From Octopus bimaculoides (Eukaryota), in contig NC_068984.1 in the NCBI RefSeq assembly GCF_001194135.2, forward strand, positions 31,338,172 to 31,402,171: a stretch of DNA of 64,000 nt. The letters run 5' to 3'. Shown piece by piece: positions 1 to 14,051 of the stretch; positions within the stretch are counted from its first letter, which is position 1; each line of letters starts with the position of its first letter. The notes beneath the pieces were generated by a model that was not told where the DNA came from, searched no databases, and saw only the letters and a list, made by a program, of their open reading frames with translations. Position numbers and translations under genes: made by a program.

Positions 1-235
1 GGCACATAAAAGACACCATTTCGAGCGTGGCCGTTTTCGTGCGGGTGACACGTAAAAGCACCCACTACACTCTCTGAGTGGTTGGCGTTAGGAAGGGCAT
101 CCAGCTGTAGAAACTCTGCCAAATCAGACTGGAGCCTGGTGTTGCCATCCGGTTTCACCAGTCCTCAGTCAAATCGTCCAACCCATGCTAGCATAGAAAG
201 CGGACGTTAAACGATGATGATGATGATGATGATGA
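1..235 (+). mobile_element. RTE-LINE-type 3' end / retroposon with (GAT)n tail, cut by the window start
   Basis: Ends ...CCAACCCATGCTAGCATAGAAAGCGGACGTTAAAC(GAT)n. The same body recurs at 12421, 22048, 36073 and 62730. Its 'CACGTAAAAGCACCC...GCGTTAGGAAGGGCATCCAG' block also follows RTE coding sequence at 18450-19215. Confidence 0.85.
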
Positions 236-853
236 AGTATCTAAGTGGCTGCTTGACATGATGTAAATAGGAAATGCATTTCCCTCAAATCATATCCTAT
301 TATCTTAAAAAGGAAGGATACAATGTATAATCTAGTCATGGAGACATACCTTAAAGAAAAGATATAAGGATAGTTAAGGAAGGAATGCTCCTGTCTATTT
401 TTTTTTCTACTACATTACCACGTAATAATAGCAGCAAGTGGAAGAAAATCACTGTAATAATACAGACATGTAATATCAAAAACGAAAACTATATTATAAA
501 TACAATGAAAGTGTTTACATTAACAAGTTTACTATGAATAAATAATGTAATGTTGAAGTTGTTCACGGAAATAGTTACTTAAATCTTGAGAAACAGGAAA
601 AGTGAATAATTCTTAAAAACTGCTATAGACATTTGAAAGGTCAAAAGCTAAAAGGAGGAAAACAGTATTAGTAAATTTTATGAATTCTGCCTGTGGTGGT
701 TAAAATAAGAAAAAATTTTTTTTTTCATTACTGTAAATAGACCTAGGAAAGACCTTGGTTTACTTTCAAATTATAATAATTTGCTGTTCAGTGAACTGGT
801 TGAGTTGTTTGAGTGCTGTATAAATTGTTTTGCAGTATTTATTCTAGCTCAGT

Positions 854-1224
854 AGTGGAGGCACAATGACCCAGTGGTTAGGGCAGCAGACTCGCGGTCA
901 TAGGATCACAGTTTCGATTCCCAGACTGGGCATTGTGAGTGTTTATTGAGTGAAAACACCGAAAGCTCCACGAGGCTCCGGCAGGGGATTGTGGTGAACC
1001 CTGCTGTACTCTTTCACCACAACTTTTCCTCACTCTTACTTCCTGTTTCTCTTGTGCCTGTAATTCAAAGGGTCAGCCTTGTCACACTGTGTCACGGTAA
1101 ATATCCCCAAGAACTACGTTAAGGGTACACATGTCTGTGGAGTGCTCAGCCACTTACACGTTAATTTCACAAGCAGGCTGTTCCGTTGATCAGATCAACT
1201 GGAACCCTCGAGTGCCAACAACAA
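854..1224 (+). mobile_element. tRNA-derived SINE
   Basis: tRNA-like head with A-box-like CAGTGGTTAGG and B-box-like GTTTCGATTCC. The 3' half is shared with the 17121 copy. Imperfect 13-bp TSD: ATTCTAGCTCAGT (841-853) / ATTCTAGGTTAGT (1225-1237). Confidence 0.85.
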
Positions 1225-2357
1225 ATTCTAGGTTAGTGTTAAAGTTTTGCAGAGATTAATTTCACCTTTCTTCCTTCCAAAATTGGTAAAGTAACAATCT
1301 TGTACTGGTATCAATATTTCCCTCTCTCTTTCTTCAATTCTCTCTTACTTCTTTTCTGAAAGAAATTAGCTGTGATCATCCATAGAGAGGCATGAACACT
1401 GCCAGGACTGAACACAACAGTGCCCTTACAATTCATTAAAAAGTGAAGACCAAGTCAAAACAAGGTACTCTAGAATATAAGAAAAAGGGTATTCCAACAA
1501 ATAAGAAAATGACATCCCTGAAAATGAAATAATTTTCTTATATTCAGAAATACTACAATGTTAAAATTCTGAACAAGAAATGTTGAATCCTTTAGTAATG
1601 TATTTTTTAAGTTATGATCAGAAAAAATTTCCTCGTTTTTGAATACAAATTTACTACAGGTTACATTTCGTAGAGTACGAAGTTACACTGAGCAATATGA
1701 ATTTATAAGTAAATTTACTTCTATTCACTTCAACATGATTGAATGGTTAAGAAGTTTGCTTGCAATTAGGAGTTCCGAAATTTGATCCTGCTTTATGGCA
1801 TCAGAAGGATATTTTTTACAATAGCTGTAAGTCAACCAGAGTTATGAGGAAATCTGGGGTGGCAGAAACTGTGTTGCACCTGTAACATAAAGGTCTGACT
1901 GTGTCACACTGTGACTGCTGGTTCTGCTTGCAAGAATCAGTGTGTACATATACCTGTAGATAGTTCAGTCATGTATATGCTAATTCTATGTGCATGTAGT
2001 TCAATTCTTTTCCTGCATGTGTTTATGTGTGTGTAATATTGGTCTGTTACTGAGGCTTTTGAAATCAAATATTTATTGGAAACGGAGGTTATTGAATTAA
2101 CTCCAGTGTATTACTGATATTTATTTTACTAACTCAAGATAGATAACAGGCATAATCAATTATAATCTGATCATTTGTGGAAAAATGAGCATTAGTTTCC
2201 CCAAGATGCTTATTATTTTACCATTATCTTGAAATGCCATGATGACCTTGTTCCTTCAGTATTTTGTTAACACGCACACTATATACACATCATCATCATC
2301 ATCATTTGAAGATCATGATGTATGTATTCTTTTACTTATAGATATACTCTTTTATTT

Positions 2358-2413
<56 letters not shown>

Positions 2414-3300
2414 AACATTATTATAAATGAAAAGAAAATCCTGTGTACAAGCAGTCAGAACCAGACCAAGTGCACATGCTTGCACTCACAAAACACACAA
2501 GCAAGCACGCACATGTGCACACACACACACACAAGCAAATGAGAAAAAGCCTGTATTCAGTCTATTGATCTGGTAAAAGTAACAGTGAAATCTTTCTCAA
2601 ATCATATCATTTTCTCCTAAATAATGGACATATTGGATATTGTAGTGTTAGGTAAATGATGGTTAAGGAAAGGTATGATCTCATTTGAAATCAAGGACCT
2701 GCCCAACTAGGGCTGACCTTGTGTTAAACAATAACAATGAAATACACTTCATAGAAAAGCACATAATAGTAAGTATAATTCTTTTTATAATCTACTATCT
2801 TTATTTTGCTCACATTATTCTCTTTTCCATCACCATCCCACCATTAAAATCACCACCACCACCACCACCATCGTCGTTGATCTAAAGTATTTTATGAGAA
2901 CCAAACAAATAAATCAAATATATTTAAATGTCATGACTTTAAAGGAAGCAAAATTTAAACAAGCTAAACTTATTTCACAATTTTAAATAATAATTATATT
3001 ATTCCGTTTGCAACACTCTAAAGGAATTATTTAAATGTTTCTTCCTTGTTAGCAATTTAGTGAGAAGTTGATCTATTTATCATTGTTTTATTCAAATAAA
3101 GAAATATAAATTTTTTGCAGTGTTCTAAGTTATTTCAGAGATACATCAGAAATTTATAGTCAAGTTCTCTAAAATATCAGCTTTGAAAGCTATTAAAATT
3201 TAAATAATTAATCTTAAAATTGAAGGAAGGTTTGGGGTAATCCAAATTTTTAAATGACTATTGGGTAAGGCATAATCATTTCAATATCCCATACTGTCTA

Positions 3301-3514
3301 AGGCGGTGAGCTGGTAGAAATGTCAGTATGCCGGGTGAAATGCCTTGTGGTATTTTGTCTGTCTTTACGTTCTGAGTTCAAATTCCACCAAGGCTGACTT
3401 TGCCTTTCATCTTTTTGGGTCGATAAATTAAGTACCAGTTGCGTACTGGGGTCGATTTAATTGACTGTTCCTCTCTCCAAAAATTTCGGGCCTTGTGCCT
3501 AGAGTGGAAAAGAA
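3301..3514 (+). mobile_element. tRNA-derived SINE (GGCGG(T/C)GAGCTGG family)
   Basis: Head AGGCGGTGAGCTGGTAGAA...GAGTTCAAATTCC. Other copies at 35925, 38007, 42714 and 52570. 12-bp TSD CCATACTGT(C/A)TA at 3289-3300 / 3519-3530. Confidence 0.9.
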
Positions 3515-3649
3515 CATTCCATACTGTATAAATCTATGTAACGTGATGTTGTATGTAAGAAGTAATATTATGAAAACAGTTGTATTTTTCTTGATATATT
3601 TTCCATTACTTCCATTTTAAACTAGTATTGTAATACTATGGCTGAATAA

Positions 3650-3860
3650 AGTGGCAAGCTGGTAGAATCATTTCCACACTGGGCAAAATACTTAGAACAT
3701 AAAGATGGACAAAATGCTGCTAAGTTCAAATTCCACCGAGGTCACCTTTGCACTTCATCACTTTGGGCTCAATAGAGTAAATACCAGTTGGGTATTGAAG
3801 TCGATTAAATCAATCTATATCTCCCATGAAATTGCAGGCCTTGTGCCAAAACTTGAAAGC
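3650..3860 (+). mobile_element. Degenerate copy of the same tRNA-SINE family
   Basis: GTGGCAAGCTGGTAGAA...AAGTTCAAATTCCACCGAGGTCACCTTTGC...GCAGGCCTTGTGCC aligns by eye with 3301-3514. Confidence 0.7.
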
Positions 3861-4973
3861 AATATTATGAATGGATAATTCTTCAATTTTGATCAGATTC
3901 CAAATCTCTAAAGGATACTTGAAAATTTGTTTGTCTTTGTTTTCTTTATAAATTTTTTTTTTTCGGTCACAACCTGATGCTTCTTGTTGATTCACTTTAG
4001 AATCCATCTATGGTTGTTATATATTAATCATTGGTTAAGCTCTATGAGCTGCTCAAAGAATTCTAATATTGCCTTGAAATCTCCTACATACAATAAATCA
4101 GATTCATTCCTAGGAACCTGTCTATGTAGGCTGTTTACGCTGTATATCTTGAATCAGAAGAGATTTGTTTTAGTGGTGGGGAGTGCTGGTTTTTGTGAGT
4201 CAGGTGACTAATCTATAAATTCCAATATTATACTCATGTCACAGTCTAGAATCTATAAATCGTTGCCATAGCTTAGCTAACCAAATTTTAAACTTCAACT
4301 AGATCGAACATGAATGATATAAATATAGATCTTCATCTCTGTGGCAGGACATTGACTAAATATATGATGATCTATTTAGAATTTCTGTGCTAATCCTACT
4401 CAGATTGGTTTTGACTTTCAGTCGTATGTAATTGATAAAATAGCTTACCAGAAGTAAGCTCCATTAACTAGCGAAGTGATGAGGTGGAGTATTTCATACA
4501 AACATGTTTAAAAGTACATGAAAATAAACTAGACTGGTCACAAAGGAATAATAACAAAAGCAATGAAAGAAAGGAGAATTATTAACAAGGCCACACACTA
4601 TAAGAAATAACTATCAAATTTCCCACTGAAACCACAGCCTACTAATTTAAAAATAAAATCAAATTGAATAATGGAATTTAAAGGATTCAGTGCTGGGAAA
4701 AAGAGACAGAAGAGTCATAGCTTGAATGCTTTTGATCATAGGCTTACTTGATCAAAGCCCACTTGGAGATAACAGAAACCAACAACTGTTTTTTTTTTTT
4801 TTTAATATAGACACCTACAAAGCTTGTTTGTTTATATCTCCTTTAAATTTGATATAAAATCAAATGCGCCCTTTTAAAGCCTAGCCAGGCATATGGTCCC
4901 GGTTTCAATGGTGTACGTGTTAAAGACACTTTTGCCTTCATTTCTCATCGAGCATCAAACAAATAATAGTACT

Positions 4974-5335
4974 TTATTACCTCCGCTTTAGCGAAGGCAT
5001 TGTTTTTGTTTGTTTGTTTGTCCCTGGAGAAGATATTTCAAGAACTGCAGAATGGATTCGGATGAAACTTGCAGAGATATTTGGTCTCATTACTGGCACA
5101 AACTGATTAGATTTTGGGATTGATCTGATACTGGACAAGGATTCTGGGTTATTTTTCTGTTTTTTCTTTTTACTTTACTTTTGACAGTGGTTGGGTTCAG
5201 TTTTAGTATTCTCATTTGTGAGAGCAGTCAAGATTATTTCAGATATTCCCATTTTGAAAACTCACCTCTGGTTAATCATTGAGTGGACATTAGTGTTTCC
5301 TTGGCGGAGGTTTGCACTCTCTGTGTGCTCTTGTT
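4974..5335 (+). mobile_element. Non-autonomous Helentron-type element (HINE / DINE-1-like)
   Basis: 5' TTATTACCTCCGC and inverted 3' CCTTGGCGGAGGT subterminal repeats, an internal (GTTT)n microsatellite, a 3' hairpin GCACTCTCTGTGTGC and T-rich ends. Confidence 0.75.
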
Positions 5336-5654
5336 TTCAATTTCATTTCTGCCCTAAATTTTGAATGTTATGCACACACACACAAACATATATATCAATT
5401 TATTATCTCATTTCCTAACATGAAACAAAATACCTATCTACTATAGTGACATTGAGTAAAAAAATTATCCTAGTCTCACAAAGTGCATGATGTCTTCACT
5501 AGTGCTGGTGTCATGAAAGAAGTTTTCAGTACACTGTGAAATGGTTTATATTAGGAAGGACACTAGAGCATGATATTATTCTTAGATATATTGGACCCTG
5601 TCAAATTGTCCAACCTATACCAGAGTGTAACATGGACGTTAAAGGATGATGCAC

Positions 5655-5691
<37 letters not shown>

Positions 5692-5732
5692 TAAATACAT
5701 ACATATATACACTCATAAAGACATACATACAG

Positions 5733-5781
<49 letters not shown>

Positions 5782-6774
5782 CATACACACATACTTATAT
5801 ATTCTCTGCTCGATGATTTGAATGGAGCTAAAACAAGTTGCTAAAACAATGCACCCTTTATGAATACAATTCACAAATATCCATAGTAAACTTTAAATAG
5901 TGGTTTCTCTATCCTGATGATCATTTCTAACTCCTCTGTGAATTTAGTTCTTTTATTTTTTAAAATTTTCCAAACATTAACACGTATTTGTGTTGCAGTA
6001 ATATCTACTCAAAAGTTGTTAAAAATATTTTATATCTTTACATTCGTTTGATTGAATTGAAGTCATCTGAGGTCAACTTTACCATTCAGACTCCAAAGAT
6101 TGATAAAATAAAGTACCAGTCAATTTCTTGGTTTTGTAACTGATGACACTCCATTCACGAATTTGAAGACATGTGCATATGTTTGGTAGTTAAAGAACAT
6201 TATCTTGTTGTGACTGTTAATGCTAATGTAGTTATTGTTTGTTGTTGTTGCTGAGCCTCATGTCAGTCTATATTGAGAATAATTATAATAAAATGAATTG
6301 TAGCTCTGACATTTCAACTTTTTCTCATATCAAGGACTTTATTTGCAGAAGAAGGCACTGACAGGACTTGAGCCTAAATATGCAAAGAGGAAACTATAAA
6401 CTGTAAAACAACAAGGCCATCAGTTGCTGTATGATTTTTGCAATCTCCTTACACTTATACTGGCCTAAATATTATCAATCATCTTTAACCACCTAAATTA
6501 ACTACAACATATCCATCTATTCTGTCTTAAAGAATAAACATACACATACATGCACATATGCACACACTACCCAGATACATAAACACACACACACACACAC
6601 ATAAATATACAGTCACACATATGCATTAATGTGCATATCTATTTGATGCATGTGTATATCTAAAAAAACAAGACAAACTAAATATCTAAATGAATCTACC
6701 ACCCTGTGTCTCAACAAGGGCTTGTTTTCTGTCTAATTTGATTGCTTCAGCTCCAGAGTGATTAATACTAAATA

Positions 6775-6777
<3 letters not shown>

Positions 6778-6867
<90 letters not shown>

Positions 6868-7170
6868 ATGTATATATGTTATATGTGTATACATATGTGT
6901 GAATATATATGTGTGTATATATATATATGTATAAATATATATGCATGTATATATTTATATGTATATATATATGTCTGTATTTACATATATATATATATGT
7001 GTGCTTAAATATATGTGTACATGCAGGTATGTATATACATATCTATATGCATGCATTAATATATATATATACATATATATCTATACATAAAGATGTTTAT
7101 ATATTTGTATATATTTTATGTGTGCATCTGTGTGTTTATCTATATGCATGCATATGATTATATATAAGAA
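6778..7170. repeat. (TA)n microsatellite of about 85 bp followed by degenerate TA/TG low-complexity sequence
   Basis: Direct inspection. Confidence 0.95.
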
Positions 7171-8064
7171 AGAAAAAAAAAGAAAGTGATTCAGAGGGTA
7201 CTTGAAAATTTTTCCATAAATCCATTCAGCTGATGTTTGACTGATTAGTTGTCATTAGAAACACAAGGAGGGGAGGGCAAGAAGAAAAATATATTAAGAC
7301 CAAAACATGATAATTCCTAATTACTATAAGAAGCTGATCTTGGTGACTCTCATCTTAGCATTCTAATTCAGGCTTAATATTTTATTGAGCATTCCTCTTC
7401 CTGCATCTTCACCACCATCTCTACTTACCAGCAATTTTGTTTAAGGAAATTTAGACAAATATAATTGATTATGTATAACACAGGATAAAGATGAACATAA
7501 TAACAGTAAAAAAAAAAAACTCATGGCATCAACAACATGAACAGAAATAATTCTTTATCTCATTTAATCGAAATATAAACAAAAATATTCTCACTTCATT
7601 AAAAATTTGATTAACAATAATATCAAGATATAATACTTCTGATAACAGAAGTAGTGCATGGATCTGTCTGCCTGTATATGTATATTAAATCTACATGGAC
7701 AGCTTTATATATGGGTGATTTGTGCTGTTTGTTAGCTTGTGTGTGGATAAATAGCTTTGTGCAGATACCTTGTTGCTGTGCAGAAACTTCAGTGAAATAT
7801 TTAAATATTTTCAACATTATGAGCTAGACTGGGAATATGTCTACATTAAAATTGGAGAAATGAATGAATACCTCTGACTACTTCTAACAGGACATTAATT
7901 TGTTCTTAATTTGCTTGTTACATTGTTGCTAGTTATTTATCTTTTACACAGTTACAACCAAACTAGAGCCTATGAAATTACTTTTCTGCCACTGTTTGGT
8001 AAGAGATTTGATCAGAAATTGGGCTGTAAACATTTTCCTATTCAAAACACACAGTGATATGGTT

Positions 8065-8230
8065 ATATGTATAGGCATGTGGCCTAGTGGTGAGACTTTT
8101 GTCTTATAGTAATGAAGCCTAATGTTTTCTTCATGGAATAAACAGTATATTGTGCTCTTGAGCAAGGTACTTCATTTCATGTTACTTCACTCTACTCTAC
8201 TCAGCTGTAATGAGACTTACCAGGTACTAA
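8065..8230 (+). mobile_element. Degenerate tRNA-derived SINE
   Basis: GGCATGTGGCCTAGTGGT head plus the GCTCTTGAGCAAGGTACTT...ACTCAGCTG central block seen in the 17121 copy. Confidence 0.6.
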
Positions 8231-9789
8231 TGCAGCCCTCTCTTGTTCAAGATGTCATATACTGGATCTTGTGATGGGTCAAATGTGAGAGAGCTAAGAA
8301 GATGCTTATATCTTCTCATGACTACATAAGCATCTTAAATAATTAGCAAAAACATGGGTCATGTTACCAAACCATGCTTACGAGCAAATGACGAGATTGG
8401 CTCTACTTTATTATTAAACCCACAGTAACATCATTATATATATTTTGTCAATAACATTGTGATAATTATCAAGTTATTTTATTTTACATCTGTAACTTGG
8501 TCACTGATACTACAGGTTGAATACATCAATATATCACACAAAATTTTACTGATTTGTACACTAAATTAATGTAAAAGAATTTAATTTATGACACACTCTG
8601 CAATTGAATTTTAATAATAGATGTTCAACATTATAAACCCCATTTCCTTCATTAGGCCTGGAACAGTAGCTGTGAGTTTAAGTTGATTAACTCCAAAACA
8701 GATGCTCATTAGTTTAAAACTTGCTACATACATACGTCTGCTCTTTAAAAGAGACACATCACTCTTTCAGCTTACTTCTACTTGGCAGAGAAATGCTATG
8801 ACATCTATTTCACATTTGATGAAACGCTTCTGTTATAAAAGTGATGCATTTAATAATATGCAAATATATTAAAAATCTGTCAAAACTCTTTCACACATGT
8901 GAGCTTGGTAACATGGACATAAAACAAGATTGTAAAGAGTATATTGTCAGAGATCAATGAAGCAAATTAGGTGGCTAAAATTACTGTATTCTTTTCGAAT
9001 TAACTTCGCCCTATTAACAGTTCTCTGAATTTATCTATCCAATAATTTTGCCATTTAAATACATCTAATGCTAAAAGTCACAGGTGACTAAATCAATAAA
9101 ATTAGTTACGGAAATCGAAAAGGTCAGTACATTTATACCTGTATGGAGTCAACATTCTTCACTCTCAGTGAGAGTTGAAATGTACTATATTCATCAAAAT
9201 CCCTGTCTAATGAACAAAACTTCTGTAATATTTCAGGGTTGAATCCAAATCTTAATGTGTGTATTGCTTAGTAAGACAGACGGACTTTGGTATATTTTCT
9301 TTTGCTAGATACACCATTTAGATAGAATATCTTCAGTAATATCCAATCTAAAAATACTAATATTGTTATTTTAAATTGTCCCAAGCAATAATATACAGTT
9401 TACTCTTATAAACAGGTGGTGTGGTCATATTCTTTAAAATAACAATAAAATAAAACCAATTTGTGTCAGATAGTAGATATTAAGATATTCCCTTGTGAAT
9501 AAAACTCCATATCAGTCAGAAGGTGTAATATTAAAATGTTCTGGAAATGGCAATGGAAGTTGAACAACTAAACAAAAGTAGAATGTCTTATGTGTTTATT
9601 GGTAAGTTGAAATTATAAAGTAATGCTGCTTCACCAATTCTAAATTGTGCATAACTATCACCAATTTTAAAGTGTTTATGCATAAAAAGTACACTTTTCT
9701 GAAGACCATGTAAAAGGAAATACTGGTTTTGGTTAAGCAATACATTTTCTTGCATAGAAAATGTCCTTTTTGTTTCAACAATTAAATAT

Positions 9790-10130
9790 ACATGAAGATG
9801 CAGATGAGTCTATGAGGTAAGAATTTTGCTTTCTAATCACATACTTCTAGTTTAAGTCCCATTGCATAGTACCTTGGGCAAGTATCTTCTACAATAGTCC
9901 TGGGATGACCAAATCATTGTCAGTAGACTTTTTAAGCAGTAACTGGAAGAATATATGTCTATGTGTGTATGTATCTATGTGTATGTGCCTTTGTATTTAT
10001 GTTTATCCGCCATCACCACTCCCTAGTAACTAATGTTTGTTAACCTCCCCTACTGAATGGTTCAGTGGAAGACACATAGAATATGTACCAGGTTTATAAA
10101 TAAGTGATGGAGTTGATTCACTCCACTAAG
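9790..10130 (+). mobile_element. Degenerate CORE-like tRNA SINE
   Basis: GTACCTTGGGCAAGTATCTTCTAC block and overall layout match the copy at 63712. Confidence 0.6.
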
Positions 10131-11399
10131 CCTTACAAACAAAGATTAGAAGATACGCACCGATACACACAGGCACACAAAGTTTATATATACAGTTTTA
10201 TGCATAAAAATTTATATGCTTATAGTATATATAAATACAATCAGAAACACATACACATACATACAACTGTTTCCATTCAGTTTCATGTGAGGCTATATGT
10301 GTGTTTGAAACTGTTTGTGTGTGTGTGTGTGTGTGCGCGCGCACGTGCGTGCGTGTCTGTTTATTTTATGTGGATGCATAAGAGAGATATATGTAGGCCT
10401 CTAGTCAATTTAATGTAGTCTCAAAATGTTATGTATGGTACAGATGGAGAGGTTATATGGTGTAGGTATAGGCATGTAACACTGATAATGAGTTAAGGTA
10501 TTGCTTCTGTATATGTATATTGAACAAATATGTGTCTGTATATGTATGCATATATGACTGTATACATTAAACAGACACACACACATTTATACAGAAAATT
10601 AACCCAGATGCCTGTGTGAATTTTTATGTATATGTGTGTATGTATTTTGCAAATATACATGTAGCTGTGTTTGTATAGGTGTGTGTATTTCTACACACAT
10701 CTTATTTTATACTGTGCTGATCAACCTAAATTGATTAGTATTACACTTGCTAATTATGACGGTTTCTAACTTAGCCACAAACTCAGCAATCATAGTGGCT
10801 GGAAGCTTCTTTTATGATTACATCATTCCAAGTAAGTAACTGGTAAACTATTATAGTGAACAAGAAGAATTAAAGGTAAAGTTAACTGCAATGGGATTTG
10901 AAACTCAAGATGGTAAGAGCTGGAGATAATACCACTAGTAATTTTGCACAAGACTTTGATGATGCTAAACTACATTCAACAAATTTGAAATAATATATTT
11001 CCATATAATAAAATCCAATACAATTCTATGAAATTAAGATTTTAAACATATCTGTACCCAGAAAGGGTGTGTAAGTGCACATTTATAGATTTGTATGTAA
11101 AATGTATTTGTCTAAATGAACACATTTGTACAAGTATATATGTGCACATGTCTCAATACAGATATTATTCTCTAATCTAGATTCAAATTACAATGTATGT
11201 TTTCAGACACATTTCCAAATATAGCAGTTTCCAGAACAAAGTGGTTTACACCATCTCACTTCTTTATAAAAATTCGACATCCTAAAATACAGTTAACATC
11301 CCCTATCGCTATTTTAATCTTATAAATGCCACAGGTATACAATATGTATATGTTGGCAAATGCACACAAATACACACACATATACAAGCATACATAAAT

Positions 11400-11417
11400 A
11401 TGTATATATGTATAAGT

Positions 11418-11448
<31 letters not shown>

Positions 11449-12167
11449 CATAAGGGTGTATATATATATATATATATCTATACATACATACATATATATA
11501 TATTTATATATCTATATATACATACATATATATTTATATATCTATATATACATACATATATATATATCTATATATACATACATATATATATATATATCTA
11601 TATATCTATACATACATACCTATATATATATTTATATATCTATACATACATACCTATATATATATTTATATATCTATACATACATACCTATATATATATT
11701 TATATATCTATACATACATACCTATATATATATTTATATATCTATNNNNNNNNNNNNNNNNNNNNNNNNNNNNNNNNNNNNNNNNNNNNNNNNNNNNNNN
11801 NNNNNNNNNNNNNNNNNNNNNNNNNNNNNNNNNNNNNNNNNNNNNNNNNNNNNNNNNNNNNNNNNNNNNNNNNNNNNNNNNNNNNNNNNNNNNNNNNNNN
11901 NNNNNNNNNNNNNNNNNNNNNNNNNNNNNNNNNNNNNNNNNNNNNNNNNNNNNNNNNNNNNNNNNNNNNNNNNNNNNNNNNNNNNNNNNNNNNNNNNNNN
12001 NNNNNNNNNNNNNNNNNNNNNNNNNNNNNNNNNNNNNNNNNNNNNNNNNNNNNNNNNNNNNNNNNNNNNNNNNNNNNNNNNNNNNNNNNNNNNNNNNNNN
12101 NNNNNNNNNNNNNNNNNNNNNNNNNNNNNNNNNNNNNNNNNNNNNNNNNNNNNATATTTATATATCT

Positions 12168-12200
<33 letters not shown>

Positions 12201-12420
12201 TATTTATATATCTATACATACATACATACATATATATTTATATATCTATACATACATACATACATATATATATATTTATATATCTATACATACATACATA
12301 CATATATATATATTTATATATCTATACATACATACATACATATATATATATTTATATATCTATACATACATACATATATATATATTTATATATCTATACA
12401 TACATATATATATATATATC
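11400..12420. repeat. AT-rich minisatellite of 30-36-bp units (ATATATATTTATATATCTATACATACATAC) spanning an assembly gap (N 11746-12153)
   Basis: The tandem unit is visible on both sides of the N run. Confidence 0.9.
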
Positions 12421-12743
12421 AGTGTTGCCTTACTGGCACTTGTGCTGGTGGCACGTGAACAAGACATTCGAGTGCCGCTGGACTGACTCCTCTGCAGGTG
12501 ACATGTAAAAAAACACTATCTGAGCATGGTTGTTGCCAGTACCGCCAGACTGGCCCTCGTGCAGGTGGCACGTAGAAGCACCCACTACACTCTTGGAGTG
12601 GTTGGTGTTAGGAAGGGCATCCAGCTGTAGAAACTCTGCCAGATCAGATTGGAGCCTAGTGCAGCCATCTGGTTTGCCAGTCCTCAGTCAAATCATCCAA
12701 CCCATGCTAGCATGGAAAGCAGACGTTAAATGATGATGATGAT
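12421..12743 (+). mobile_element. RTE-type 3' end retroposon with (GAT)n tail
   Basis: Same body as 1-235; ends AGACGTTAAATGATGATGATG. Confidence 0.85.
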
Positions 12744-12749
12744 ATATAC

Positions 12750-13500
12750 ACATGCATACACGAGAACACGTGGCAACATCAACACTTGTTTCACCATAAA
12801 TTGAAGATGAACTACGTCAAGAACTCTTCTCTTTTTTGTACGCAAACACATTAATGCATTCAATATGAACAAAAATCACAAACAAGATAGATATTCCTTT
12901 GATTAGACCATTAGGAGTAGAAATAACAGATCATTTTCAAGATCTTAACAGAGATTACCTACAAGAGACTGAATAAAAAAACTGATCTAGATCTGGAAGT
13001 AAACCTACATCATTCCTCCAGGTCGTTCAAAACAATACTAACAAGAAATTGAAAAATAATATAAATAATACCAAAAATAAGATAGAAAACATAATGAAAC
13101 CAAATAAAATACCACAACCAAAATGCAAAGTCCATCAAGCAAACATCAACTGGAACATAAAACATAAACAGAGAAAAATCCTTTTTTCAATGCCAGGACA
13201 ACAATTACCAGAGTAAGAAAAAATCCAAGCGGAAACATACCCAAAACAACTGAACATATAGATCCTAAAATGATTAATTTATCCAAAAGAGATCTTGACA
13301 ATGATGACATCTAACTTCTTTCAAAAGGAGTGAAATTTACACCTTCACCAATAGTTAACCACCAAGAACTAAAGGAGGATATCTCAAATTTTCTTGTAGA
13401 ATTCTTCATTAATAAAAGTAATGAAATTGATGAAACCCTAGTAAACAATAAATCAAATTTCACCCAACCAACAGAACCTCAACTCCTATTTCAGGATAAC
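12750..13500 (+). pseudogene. Penelope-like element (PLE), N-terminal ORF remnant
   Basis: 13270 onward reads MINLSKRDLDNDDI*LLSKGVKFTPSP, matching the PLE N-terminal NLS-x(8-10)-LLSKGL-x-F-x-P motif. Contains an in-frame stop. Confidence 0.65.
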
Positions 13501-14051
13501 CTTATAGTATGGAATACACATAGAAAGTTATATCCAATAAAATAATATAAGTATTGAAAAAACTTATCAAATACAATAAAATTATTTGAAAAAAATTATA
13601 TAACTTACCTGTTATTAGTCTGTGGGGAAAGAAGATATTTTTAATCAACGCTACACGTGTTTCTGCGCTGATGGGCTGCTTATCAAGGCTATACCTAATA
13701 CATAAATCCACAATTGCATCCTCACGCTGTTTAACTTATTGTTGTTATTATTATTAACAGATCAAAGTTAAAAATAAATATAAGTCAGGTTAAATAGAAA
13801 AATCAGAATATGAATATTAAAATATATAATTTACAAATATATTTTTAAAAATTAAAACATTAAAAAAATTAAACACCTAAAATTGCAATTCTGATATATA
13901 TAGAAAACACTAAACCAAAGGAAATCCTCAAAGAGTATATTATAAACACATCAAATCCTACAACCTAACTATACCCCTATCTATACAAGTATAAATAACC
14001 ATTTTTTAATGTAAGTTAATATTATTTTAAAAGATTATTTAGTAAAAACTA

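Noticed and set aside
854-930. tRNA genes at SINE heads (also 3301, 17121, 42714, 63712)
   Set aside because: A/B-box-like motifs are present, but there is no convincing cloverleaf and each continues into a SINE body with a TSD or tail.
11360-12508. Longest ORFs in the track (382, 356 aa) and similar ones at 27874-28386, 28837-29289 and 46617-47519
   Set aside because: Artefacts of TA/CA microsatellites (YI/HT repeats) and N runs, which contain no stop codons.
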